A program made the translations under genes and the position numbers. A DNA stretch of 63,949 nt, the filler included, from an uncultured Methanosarcinales archaeon (GTDB lineage Archaea > Nanobdellota > Nanobdellia > Woesearchaeales > CAZKBD01): assembly GCA_964550945.1 (NCBI GenBank). It is 4 parts of 4 records of this genome, joined end to end, with 100 filler letters (N's around TTAATTAATTAA, not from the genome) between each part and the next. Parts side by side here need not be neighbours in the genome. Positions count along the whole stretch, not along the records: positions 1 to 19,924 come from CAZKBD010000027.1; 3 more parts are not named here. One strand, given 5' to 3'. Below, in pieces: positions 8,756 through 17,578 of this stretch; the stretch's first letter is position 1, and each line of letters starts with the position of its first letter. The notes under the pieces are model-generated. The model worked only from the letters and a program-made list of their open reading frames with translations, had not been told where the DNA came from and searched no databases.

Positions 8756-9634
8756 TTAAATATTTACAATTGGCCTTCTTGCCCTGATAAATCCAATCAA
8801 AACATACTGGACAAAAAAACATAAAACCAAGAATAAAATAAAGCTTGATTTTGTCAATCCAACAGCTGCAAATGATGATAATATAACAAGTAAAGTGGAG
8901 CCAATTGTTGGGATGGCTACTGCAAATAACATATACACCAAGCTCCAAAGATTAAGCTCATGCGCATAGTCCCTTATCTTTGCTCTTTGGTCTACAGTCA
9001 GATCATCAATAATTGACCTTAAAGCTCCTTTAAGGCTGGCTCCTGCTTTTAATGTATTGATAAGCTGCCATGATGTTCTTCGAAGATATTCGGATTTGCT
9101 TTCAATCGCTAATCTCTCTAAGGCTTTTTCCATTGACTGGCCTGTGCTAACTGCTTTAGCGACTTTTTCAAACTCATAAGAGCTGGTCCCATAGCCTGCT
9201 TTTGATATATTAACTAAAGCATTGTATAAAGAAACACCAGAGCTGATCTGCAAAAGCAAATCTTTTAATGCAAAAATAAGATTTTTGTCAATCTGCTCTG
9301 CTTTTTTTCCAGCAATAATCTTTGGATACCTGACTAGAGCAAATAAGATCAATATAAATATGCCCAAAGAAGATGATAAGCTTATCATCAATGAACCTGC
9401 AATATCTTTCATCTGGACCTTATAGCTAAGCACAAACAATAAGCAAAAGAAAATCAAAAAAAATAAGAAAGAATTGATCAATGAAGCTGAGATATACTCT
9501 CCATCGTCAGCATTTATATCTGTTTGCTTGAGGTCATATTTGAGGCCTGGAAAAAGCCTTGCAACGACATAGCCAAGGCCGATAAACGGCTTGGTAACAT
9601 TCTTGCCTGGCTGTATAACCATTAAAGGGATCAT
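8756..9634 (-). CDS. Type IV pilus membrane platform protein (TadB/C-like, T2SS F domain)
   Basis: IDKNLIFALKDLLLQISSGVSL..A; several TM helices. Confidence 0.88.
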   Translation of the reverse strand: MIPLMVIQPGKNVTKPFIGLGYVVARLFPGLKYDLKQTDINADDGEYISASLINSFLFFLIFFCLLFVLSYKVQMKDIAGSLMISLSSSLGIFILILFALVRYPKIIAGKKAEQIDKNLIFALKDLLLQISSGVSLYNALVNISKAGYGTSSYEFEKVAKAVSTGQSMEKALERLAIESKSEYLRRTSWQLINTLKAGASLKGALRSIIDDLTVDQRAKIRDYAHELNLWSLVYMLFAVAIPTIGSTLLVILSSFAAVGLTKSSFILFLVLCFFVQYVLIGFIRARRPIVNI

Positions 9635-9635
9635 C

Positions 9636-11147
9636 TTATAGGAAATCCGGTTTCTTTTTCTTGTCTACAAGCCCTATCAGCTCATCCTGGTTTTTGTAAT
9701 AAACCCGCATGACCTTTCCAACATCATCAATGTCTTTTAGGTTATTGTCAAGCATCCACTGCAAGATATTCTGCTTCTGCTTTAAGTCCTGGTTAAGCTC
9801 TTTCAAAGTCATTCCAGTATGCAAGTTTAGGTCCTCAATGACCCTTATGCTTTCATTCACTTTTTCAAATGCATCAGTTTTTGGGCGCCACCTATAGAGA
9901 TAGTTAAGCTGCAGCTCTTTGTCTGTGGTGTTTAATATCTCAGCAAGCTCAAGAGTCCTTCTGATGCCTTTTCTTCTGTCCCTGTATTGTATCAATACAA
10001 GCTGCAGCGCTTCAACTTCCTGCTTGGGTATGCTGATTGGAGGCTCTATCAATCTCCTTTTGACCTGCTCAGCTGTATCAGCGTGTATTGTGCAGTAAAC
10101 ACTATGGCCGGTGTGCATCGCTTCAAACATCGCTTCTGCCTGCTCTCTTCTTCTTACTTCTCCTACAATTATCCTGTCAGGCCTCATCCTTAAGCTGGCA
10201 ACCATCAGATCGAGCATCGTAACTTCGCCCTGGCCTTCTGGATTTTTGTTGCGGCTTGTCATCGGAACCCAATTCCAATGTAGGTTTTCAGGCAAGGTAA
10301 TTTCACGAGTGTCTTCTATTGATATAATCCTTTGAGTAGGAGGGATAAAGCAGCAGATGGAATTAAGCATAGAGGTCTTTCCTGAAGCTGTGCCGCCAGC
10401 AACCAAAATATTCAACTCATATTGCATTGCCATCCATAAAAATGCTGCGATCTCTTTTGACAGGGTATTTTCAGCAGGGTCAATAAAATGGACAGCTGTC
10501 CACGGGTTTCTTGCAAATCTTCTTATCGTAATGGTGTTGCCGCAGGTGGATATCGGAAATAATGTGGAGGCTACCCTGTCACCTGTAAGAAGATGCGCAT
10601 CCATTATCGGATTTAAAGAACTAATTTCGCGGCCAACTTTTCTGCCGATCTGGGAAGAGAAATTATAAATCTCTTCCTCATTCTGCAACCTTTTTTGTGT
10701 CTTGCACCACCCATACTTCTTATGATAGACAGAGATGGGCTCTGTGCTTCCATTGATCGTTATCTCTTCAAGCCAGTTGTCAGCAAGGATTATCTCAATA
10801 AAGCCAAGGCCATACATACGATGCAAAATAATCCCTGCTAAAGTGTCTATCCTTTTTTTGTCCTGATCCGGCAATTTTAATGCAACTACTTTCCTGATCT
10901 GCGAATAAAAATCCTGCCTTAGCTTTTCAATCTTTTTTGTGTCTGTAACATCCTCGATTTCAATCGGAACATTTGCAGCTAACTCATCAATCAATGAGCT
11001 TATCAAAGCTTCAGTCCCTGGCCCTAGATTAGGCGTTATCAGCTCATAAATGGGGATGTTCTCTGTTGGCAGAGACCATATCTGCACTGTTGCAGCAACA
11101 TTGTCTGCTAGGACAGTGTATTTTTCAAGCAATTTTTTTTCATCCAT
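9636..11147 (-). CDS. Type II/IV secretion ATPase (CpaF/TadA/FlaI family)
   Basis: Walker A GGTASGKT, SIEDTRE, LRMRPDRIIVGEVR, His box TGH..TIHA. Confidence 0.95.
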   Translation of the reverse strand: MDEKKLLEKYTVLADNVAATVQIWSLPTENIPIYELITPNLGPGTEALISSLIDELAANVPIEIEDVTDTKKIEKLRQDFYSQIRKVVALKLPDQDKKRIDTLAGIILHRMYGLGFIEIILADNWLEEITINGSTEPISVYHKKYGWCKTQKRLQNEEEIYNFSSQIGRKVGREISSLNPIMDAHLLTGDRVASTLFPISTCGNTITIRRFARNPWTAVHFIDPAENTLSKEIAAFLWMAMQYELNILVAGGTASGKTSMLNSICCFIPPTQRIISIEDTREITLPENLHWNWVPMTSRNKNPEGQGEVTMLDLMVASLRMRPDRIIVGEVRRREQAEAMFEAMHTGHSVYCTIHADTAEQVKRRLIEPPISIPKQEVEALQLVLIQYRDRRKGIRRTLELAEILNTTDKELQLNYLYRWRPKTDAFEKVNESIRVIEDLNLHTGMTLKELNQDLKQKQNILQWMLDNNLKDIDDVGKVMRVYYKNQDELIGLVDKKKKPDFL

Positions 11148-11529
11148 TTTTGACCAACAGCCCTTTTTGCAGCAAATAGACGATTGCTGCTGTTATAACA
11201 ACCACTATTATTGTAAAAATGACCAATCTAAGGTTTTTATTTTTTGCTTTGATAGTTTGTTTTTGCTCAATACTTTTCAATACTGGAGAGCCAAAAGCAG
11301 GATAATAAAGCTTGGCAAGCCCCTGCTTATCCAGAAGCTTTGCGTATTCCTCTGTTTGCTTAAGAGGCATCTTTAAGCTGTATGCTAAGTTTTTTAATTT
11401 TATGCTTTTGCCTTCGCTGATCTGATAATACATCTTGTCAAGATAAGTGACAAATTCTTTTTCTGGAGACTGCTCTTTATCTTTTTTTGGAATATTTCCT
11501 TTTGTTTCCAGCTTATCCAATAATCCCAT
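11140..11529 (-). CDS. Pilus-locus accessory protein (wHTH-like core, C-terminal TM)
   Basis: LKNLAYSLKMP..TEEYAKLLDKQGL followed by a TM helix; overlaps the ATPase start. Confidence 0.7.
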   Translation of the reverse strand: MGLLDKLETKGNIPKKDKEQSPEKEFVTYLDKMYYQISEGKSIKLKNLAYSLKMPLKQTEEYAKLLDKQGLAKLYYPAFGSPVLKSIEQKQTIKAKNKNLRLVIFTIIVVVITAAIVYLLQKGLLVKNG

Positions 11530-11530
11530 C

Positions 11531-12226
11531 TTATCTTATCTCTTTCATCACTTTTTTGTATAATTCAAACTCTTTTGTTTTCGCGAATTTTTCAATCTCT
11601 TCATCAGGCAGTTTTTCCAATAATGTATCTGTGAGCTGCAAGACCTTCTTTACGTCATCTTCAAGCCCTTTTTCAATAATGATCGTGGGTTTTTGATTCA
11701 AAGCAGCCTCTTTTTTCTTTATCTCATCTGATTTTTTATTAAGCGCAATCTCTTTTCCTCTTAATTCCTGGGCTTTCCTGTAAATATCTTCAATCTCTTT
11801 TTTGAGCATAGCTTCTTTCTGTTTCAATGCCTCTTCTTTCTTTAATATCACATCTACCCTACTGACAATCTTTCTTTCTTTTTTAGCGCTGGCTCCTTCT
11901 TTTGGCAGCTTAAGAAGCATATGGAGCAGGGATATTGACGCAAACATCAAAGCCAGGCCAATAGCCAAAATATAATAGTTTTCTTTGAGAAAACCAACTA
12001 CCATCAATATAGCTCCTGCAAAGAAGATAAGCTCATCAACTATTTTTCTTTCCTGGGTCTTTCTGTCCTCTTTTTCTTCTTCAATTATGTAACCTTTGTC
12101 TTTGAAAGCGTTCAATACCTTTTTCTTGGCGCTAATGTCACTTCCTCTTTTAATCACTAGGATAACTGAAAGGACAACAAGGATTACTGCTAAACTAATA
12201 ATTATGTATAAGCCGATTCCTTCTAT
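11531..12226 (-). CDS. Pilus-locus membrane/coiled-coil protein
   Basis: Two TM helices, a coiled coil and a C-terminal LLEKLPDEEIEKF motif. The frame extends 23 hydrophobic codons above 12157 to an ATA placed 7 nt after a GAGGTG SD. Confidence 0.7.
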   Translation of the reverse strand: MEGIGLYIIISLAVILVVLSVILVIKRGSDISAKKKVLNAFKDKGYIIEEEKEDRKTQERKIVDELIFFAGAILMVVGFLKENYYILAIGLALMFASISLLHMLLKLPKEGASAKKERKIVSRVDVILKKEEALKQKEAMLKKEIEDIYRKAQELRGKEIALNKKSDEIKKKEAALNQKPTIIIEKGLEDDVKKVLQLTDTLLEKLPDEEIEKFAKTKEFELYKKVMKEIR

Positions 12227-12244
12227 CTTAACCCACCTCTTTTT

Positions 12245-12661
12245 TTATCTGAATTTATCTGCTAAAATGCTCAATGAAACAAAAGACCCTTTCTTAAGCC
12301 TTAAATCCAATCCATACATAAATAAGACTATTGACATTAAAAACTCTATGGCCAGATTAAAGCTTGAAATGCCTGACCTAAGATAATCAGTAAGATTATG
12401 TGTGAAGATGATGCTGCCAAATATGATCAAAGTTACCCCAACAAACTTATCATACTGCGGAAATAAGGTTAAAAGCCCGAATATCAAAAGAAGAGCAGAT
12501 ATGAGCAATACAGGAACTAATCCAGGTATAATCCCAATTTGCAGCTTTATACTCCTTAGCTCCACAAAGAACAAGAGCACCAATAGGCATACAAAGACAA
12601 TCAGATTGACAAAAAGCCTGAAATATGCGTATCCTTTTTCAATGATATACTTTTCAGCCAT
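12245..12661 (-). CDS. Hypothetical 4-TM membrane protein
   Basis: Four hydrophobic segments; AGGAG SD. Confidence 0.7.
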   Translation of the reverse strand: MAEKYIIEKGYAYFRLFVNLIVFVCLLVLLFFVELRSIKLQIGIIPGLVPVLLISALLLIFGLLTLFPQYDKFVGVTLIIFGSIIFTHNLTDYLRSGISSFNLAIEFLMSIVLFMYGLDLRLKKGSFVSLSILADKFR

Positions 12662-12726
12662 AATAACCGCTCCTTTTTTTACATTTAACCATCTTGATTA
12701 TGGAACTTCTACATTTAAATAACTTT

Positions 12727-13935
12727 CTATCCTTCATATAACACCACATCTGTTTGTTTATTAAACTTATCTAATTTAGTAATATTTAGTTTTGCTTCTG
12801 GTTTTATTGTTAATGTTTCATTTGATGCGTATGTTATATCCAACTGAGTTATATTCGCAGCTAGGTTATTGACCTCTACTCTCAAAACACCATCATTGCC
12901 ATTATAAGCTCCAAAGAACACCTTAAAATCAGCGCTTTGGAAGATTACTTCATAGGGAGAATTTATCTGCGCAGGATCCAAGTTTACAGTTTTTGGGCTG
13001 CCTTGAAAGAGGTCAAGCCCCGCTGTATCATATGCATTTACAGTTATTATCACACTACCAGTATCGCTTGGAGTTGAATTAGTTAGTTCATCATCCCTGA
13101 TTTGGTCAACTGCCAGTGTTAGTGCTATAGATGCTAGTGAAGATGTGCTGTTGCTGTAAAAGATCATTGTTGTCCTGTTTATAGTATAGCTGCTGTTGAA
13201 AGGAATAATCATAAATTTAGGGTAAAAATCAGTAAGCTCGATGTTTATTTTGCTAAGGCCTGCATAGGTTGTTTGTATGAAGCTCTTGTAGTTGTCCATG
13301 AGCAATTGATGGTCTATAAGGGATGAAAGCTGCCCTGCCCTATCAAACTTTATTGTTACAAATGGATCTAACCTCTCAACGCTGCTTAGATTGAGCCATA
13401 GTAAATCCCAATAAGCATTGCGTATAATGTCATCTGTGATATAATTGAGGTTTTCACCAACTAAAGATGTGGTAAGTGTATTTTGCAAATCTTTATTCCT
13501 GTCAAGATAAGAATATGTCAAAAGGGCTAAAGAAGCAGATAACATGACTGCAGCAACAGTGAATAACACTCCTTTTTTGTTGGTTTTTATCAATGTTAAA
13601 CCCAGAACAATTATCAACAGCCAAATGATATAAATCCAAACTATTGGTTTTTCTGTTTTTGTTGGGATATTCTCCTTATTGATTATTGATTTATTGGTTA
13701 GTCCTTCATTTAATAAAATAACTCTTTCATTCTTACTGTTAGCATAACCCTTATTTATAGGATCAACCTTGCCGAAAATTCCTGTGTTGATATCCTCTTT
13801 TTGAATCTCTTTTGAGACATAATCAGGCTCTTGGTTGTATGCAGCTGCTGCTGGCAATGCTAGGATATTGCCAATCATCCATATAAGGACAACATACTTG
13901 CTGGCACATTCGAATATTCGCCTTATTTGTACCAT
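12727..13935 (-). CDS. Minor-pilin-like protein with an N-terminal export module and an internal class III signal
   Basis: Signal-like N-terminus (WMIGNILALPAAAA), TM at about aa 98-116, then NKKG/VLFTVAAVML hydrophobic segment; lies in the pilin cluster. Confidence 0.75.
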   Translation of the reverse strand: MVQIRRIFECASKYVVLIWMIGNILALPAAAAYNQEPDYVSKEIQKEDINTGIFGKVDPINKGYANSKNERVILLNEGLTNKSIINKENIPTKTEKPIVWIYIIWLLIIVLGLTLIKTNKKGVLFTVAAVMLSASLALLTYSYLDRNKDLQNTLTTSLVGENLNYITDDIIRNAYWDLLWLNLSSVERLDPFVTIKFDRAGQLSSLIDHQLLMDNYKSFIQTTYAGLSKINIELTDFYPKFMIIPFNSSYTINRTTMIFYSNSTSSLASIALTLAVDQIRDDELTNSTPSDTGSVIITVNAYDTAGLDLFQGSPKTVNLDPAQINSPYEVIFQSADFKVFFGAYNGNDGVLRVEVNNLAANITQLDITYASNETLTIKPEAKLNITKLDKFNKQTDVVLYEG

Positions 13936-14324
13936 GCAATCATCTCCGCATAATAGCTTTCAAAATTAGATATGAAGCAGCGCCTTGCTATACTGTTTAT
14001 GTCTGAAGCTGCGCAATCAGTTTTAGTGGCAGAGAGCAAACTAACTGAGTTTTTATCGTAAACTGTGATGGTTGCGCAGATTTGGTTAGGTAAAGAAGCC
14101 AAATAATTCTGTATAGCTGATGTACTGCTAGCCTTGACTGCATTTTCTAATGTTCTGCTTTTTTCCAGGACAGTAAGACTGTCTGTTGACATCTTATAGA
14201 TATCTTGTTGGCCATAAAATATATTTGTTTTTGATAAATAAAACTGGGAAGCAATTATTATAGAAGAGACAGCTAAGATCGCTAATATCGCATCTAAAGT
14301 AAATATTATGGCTTTATTATTCAT
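13923..14324 (-). CDS. Minor pilin (class III signal)
   Basis: MNNKA/IIFTLDAILAILAV. Confidence 0.8.
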   Translation of the reverse strand: MNNKAIIFTLDAILAILAVSSIIIASQFYLSKTNIFYGQQDIYKMSTDSLTVLEKSRTLENAVKASSTSAIQNYLASLPNQICATITVYDKNSVSLLSATKTDCAASDINSIARRCFISNFESYYAEMIAWYK

Positions 14325-14853
14325 TTTCCCACACCTTGATATTGATTTTGGCAAAATCACCATCCAGCAAAACAAATCTGTCAATATTAACTATGTTTTT
14401 TGTATTAGCAATAGGTGTTAAGCCAATTGTGTATGTATCAGAATAACTGCTGCCAGCCCATATAGATACTTTTAATTCAAACTCATAACCAGGGCCTAAA
14501 ATACCAAGTATCTTTTTGAATGTCCCATATTTTGTTGCTTCTAGATCAACCAATTTTTGGATCTTATCTGAGTCAAGAACATTCTGGCCAAAGTTATTTT
14601 TGACCAGGCCTAAAGAATAAACATTGTTTTCGTTGAAATCTGCTTCAGCTAGCTCATTCCAGCTGCCTGGATCTCCTTCTGTCTTGATTAAAGAATCTAA
14701 GGCGTTTCTTGCGATTATTTCCAAATCATTTCTCCTTTCATCAATGGAGATTTTTTCATTGGAATAATCCCAAGCCCAGGCTATTGAAAGCAGCACAACT
14801 ATAAAAATCCCAGATGCAATTATCAAATCAAGGGAGAATATTTGAGCTTTCAT
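14317..14853 (-). CDS. Minor pilin (class III signal)
   Basis: MKA/QIFSLDLIIASGIFIVVLL and conserved LIKTEGDPGSW. Confidence 0.82.
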   Translation of the reverse strand: MKAQIFSLDLIIASGIFIVVLLSIAWAWDYSNEKISIDERRNDLEIIARNALDSLIKTEGDPGSWNELAEADFNENNVYSLGLVKNNFGQNVLDSDKIQKLVDLEATKYGTFKKILGILGPGYEFELKVSIWAGSSYSDTYTIGLTPIANTKNIVNIDRFVLLDGDFAKINIKVWENE

Positions 14854-15440
14854 CTTACGTATGGCACACCCTGACCCATAACCCATCAACATACCAATCT
14901 AGGTTGTCCACTGCTCCACTTTTTCTGAAACTTGCTTCAACTTTCATATTTGTTATATCGCTCCATGCCCATGCCCTATCGGCAGTCACATCTTTGTAAA
15001 CAGTAATATCAGATGATGCATCATAGTAATTCTGAGTAGTAGCTCCTGCAGCTGCGCCAATCAAATAACGCAGCCTTATCATGTCATTAGCATAAGTGCC
15101 AACCCTATGATAGTCCATAGCCATCTCTACACTTGTTATTGTGCCAGTAGCTGTAGAAAATCCTGTGCCTCTGACCCAATTAGCATTAGTAGGCAATATG
15201 GCATATAAATTATTTGGAGCACCCTGAACATTGATTGGATTTGTTGCGCCTGATTGTTCAAATGCTGTTGCATAGAATTCCTGGCAGCTGATTGTATAAC
15301 AGCTGCTGGTATCAAATCCAGTGCAGTCTCCTAAACAAGCTAAATTACCTCCATCAAATCCCTGGCTTATGCATGTCTGTCCAGCTAAATCAGTTCCATC
15401 ACATATTTCTGTTCCTTCTTTTATGTTGTTGCTGCAGACA
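14840..15440. repeat. 601-bp exact direct repeat, copy 1
   Basis: Identical by eye to 15837-16437 (offset 997). Confidence 0.92.
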
Positions 15441-15850
15441 AATTCCCCTATTGCAGTTAGGGTTATAACTCCATCAATATTTGCTATTTCATACTCTCCT
15501 TTTAATGAAGATAAAGTTCCTGATATGCTGCTGGTTAAGACTGGAGAAGAATATTGGCGGTTGTTCCAGCTGATTTTTATAAGATGCTCTACAGGATAAA
15601 TGTTTATGTTGTAGTTACTATTGTCTTTCAATGTTTCTTGCAATAAAACTGTTTTTTTAAATCCATAGCCTGCTAAATAAACAGAATTAATGTTGGATGC
15701 TAGCTGATCAGATACTGATCTGGCATAAAGGGATGTTGTTTTTGAATAAAGCTCATCACTCCTTTTGTCAGCGGCTGTGAAAAGGTATAGGAAGATAATC
15801 AGAGCTATTGAAATCACAATTATGAAATCAACGCTGATTTGAGCTTTCAT
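14855..15850 (-). CDS. Minor pilin/adhesin with a Cys-rich repeat and C-terminal beta domain
   Basis: MKA/QISVDFIIVI; its C-terminal ~195 aa are identical to those of the upstream gene. Confidence 0.85.
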   Translation of the reverse strand: MKAQISVDFIIVISIALIIFLYLFTAADKRSDELYSKTTSLYARSVSDQLASNINSVYLAGYGFKKTVLLQETLKDNSNYNINIYPVEHLIKISWNNRQYSSPVLTSSISGTLSSLKGEYEIANIDGVITLTAIGEFVCSNNIKEGTEICDGTDLAGQTCISQGFDGGNLACLGDCTGFDTSSCYTISCQEFYATAFEQSGATNPINVQGAPNNLYAILPTNANWVRGTGFSTATGTITSVEMAMDYHRVGTYANDMIRLRYLIGAAAGATTQNYYDASSDITVYKDVTADRAWAWSDITNMKVEASFRKSGAVDNLDWYVDGLWVRVCHT

Positions 15851-16437
15851 CTTACGTATGGCACACCCTGACCCATAACCCATCAACATACCAATCTAGG
15901 TTGTCCACTGCTCCACTTTTTCTGAAACTTGCTTCAACTTTCATATTTGTTATATCGCTCCATGCCCATGCCCTATCGGCAGTCACATCTTTGTAAACAG
16001 TAATATCAGATGATGCATCATAGTAATTCTGAGTAGTAGCTCCTGCAGCTGCGCCAATCAAATAACGCAGCCTTATCATGTCATTAGCATAAGTGCCAAC
16101 CCTATGATAGTCCATAGCCATCTCTACACTTGTTATTGTGCCAGTAGCTGTAGAAAATCCTGTGCCTCTGACCCAATTAGCATTAGTAGGCAATATGGCA
16201 TATAAATTATTTGGAGCACCCTGAACATTGATTGGATTTGTTGCGCCTGATTGTTCAAATGCTGTTGCATAGAATTCCTGGCAGCTGATTGTATAACAGC
16301 TGCTGGTATCAAATCCAGTGCAGTCTCCTAAACAAGCTAAATTACCTCCATCAAATCCCTGGCTTATGCATGTCTGTCCAGCTAAATCAGTTCCATCACA
16401 TATTTCTGTTCCTTCTTTTATGTTGTTGCTGCAGACA
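15837..16437. repeat. 601-bp exact direct repeat, copy 2
   Basis: Identical by eye to 14840-15440. Confidence 0.92.
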
Positions 16438-17378
16438 TAATCATAACAACCAGATGTGTCAAATGCGCTGCAATCTCCTAAACAAGTTAAGGTTCCAGCA
16501 TCAAAGCCTTGTAATTGGCAGGTTTGGCCAGCTAAATTAGTGCCATCACATATTTCAGTTCCCTCAATCAGATTATTGCCGCAGATATAATTGAAGCAGC
16601 TTGTGGTATCAAATCCAGTGCAGTCTCCTAAACAAGCTAAATTACCACCATCAAATCCCTGGCTTATGCATGTCTGTCCAGCTAAATCAGTTCCATCACA
16701 GACTTCTGTGCCTTCTTTTATGTTGTTGCTGCAAATTCCTATTGGAGCAGATACACAATTGCTTGAGCTATCACAATAGCAAGGAGGTAATGCACATCCA
16801 ATTGTTGAATCACATTCACTAGGATCTTCTGCGTTGGTTATTGGAACTTGCCCGCAACCATTTATGCAATTAGGGTTATAGCAGATATTGTCTGGGCAAG
16901 CTGTTGTATCAGCTGGACAGTTCTCTCCTGGATTACAGACACCATCTGGGCAGGTTATTGTTAATTCGCCTATGCCTACATAAGTGTCAAATGCCTCTAC
17001 TGCCACCAAATAGCTGCCTTCTTCAGTTGGAATGTTTCCAGCAACCTGAAAATCAACAGTCCTGTACACATCTCTTGGATTTCCACCTGCATACATATTT
17101 ATGTTGAGGATTTGGCCAGCTATAGACACTGAATTGACATTATTGGGGAGAGTGATGTACACCTGGGTTTTTGCGCCTGTTCCCTGCTGGTAAACCAGTT
17201 CAGCTGCATTTGCAAGATCTTCTAATGATGTTTTTGCTTTTGTGACTTCAAACTTATTTGAAATAGAGCTGGTTATATCATCATTAACAGAAAGGATCGC
17301 AATGAATATGACTAATGCTATTGCTAGTATCACTATCAATTCTACTGCTGCCTGCGATTTATTTTTAATGCCTATCAT
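15852..17378 (-). CDS. Minor pilin/adhesin with three 50-aa Cys-rich repeats and C-terminal beta domain
   Basis: NKS/QAAVELIVIL class III signal; C[SG]NNxxEGTExCDGT repeats with a 150-bp period. Confidence 0.88.
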   Translation of the reverse strand: MIGIKNKSQAAVELIVILAIALVIFIAILSVNDDITSSISNKFEVTKAKTSLEDLANAAELVYQQGTGAKTQVYITLPNNVNSVSIAGQILNINMYAGGNPRDVYRTVDFQVAGNIPTEEGSYLVAVEAFDTYVGIGELTITCPDGVCNPGENCPADTTACPDNICYNPNCINGCGQVPITNAEDPSECDSTIGCALPPCYCDSSSNCVSAPIGICSNNIKEGTEVCDGTDLAGQTCISQGFDGGNLACLGDCTGFDTTSCFNYICGNNLIEGTEICDGTNLAGQTCQLQGFDAGTLTCLGDCSAFDTSGCYDYVCSNNIKEGTEICDGTDLAGQTCISQGFDGGNLACLGDCTGFDTSSCYTISCQEFYATAFEQSGATNPINVQGAPNNLYAILPTNANWVRGTGFSTATGTITSVEMAMDYHRVGTYANDMIRLRYLIGAAAGATTQNYYDASSDITVYKDVTADRAWAWSDITNMKVEASFRKSGAVDNLDWYVDGLWVRVCHT

Positions 17379-17497
17379 CCTCTTTTTTTTAATAAATCAA
17401 TTATAACCTCTTCGTAGCTTTGCCTTGGGTGAATCTTTAACTGGGATAATTCTTTTATTGTCTTTTTAGAAATTTTTATAGTTGTGATATCTTTCAT
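17375..17497 (-). CDS. Small RHH-like regulator (40 aa), not in the ORF track
   Basis: MKDITTIKISKKTIKELSQLKIHPRQSYEEVIIDLLKKRG; ATGA overlap with the first pilin gene. Confidence 0.7.
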   Translation of the reverse strand: MKDITTIKISKKTIKELSQLKIHPRQSYEEVIIDLLKKRG

Positions 17498-17498
17498 A

Positions 17499-17548
17499 AG
17501 TATACCTTAGTATAATATAGTATATTTAGGTATACCTAGTATATAAAT
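17499..17548. promoter_or_regulatory. Promoter/operator of the pilus operon
   Basis: GTATACCT..AGGTATAC inverted repeat, TAGGTATACCTA palindrome at 17527-17538, minus-strand TTTATATA box. Confidence 0.5.
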
Positions 17549-17578
17549 GTTTTGTTGTTTAATACTCTTAAACTTGGT

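Noticed and set aside
5071..10668. Numerous 60-135 aa ORFs antisense to confident genes (here and throughout the window)
   Set aside because: Shadow ORFs with no motifs or SD sites, fully overlapping well-supported CDSs.
14853..14892. Identical N-terminal peptide MLMGYGSGCAIRK on two ORFs
   Set aside because: ORF-caller extension into the duplicated upstream gene end. The real starts are the MKAQ codons at 14853 and 15850.
16304..16733. DGR-like template/variable repeat pair (all 4 mismatches between 16304-16433 and 16604-16733 fall on coding-strand adenines of one copy)
   Set aside because: Only four differences, mostly at third codon positions. Both copies are in-frame repeats of one protein, adjacent mismatches are not A-specific, and no reverse transcriptase or Avd gene is in the window.
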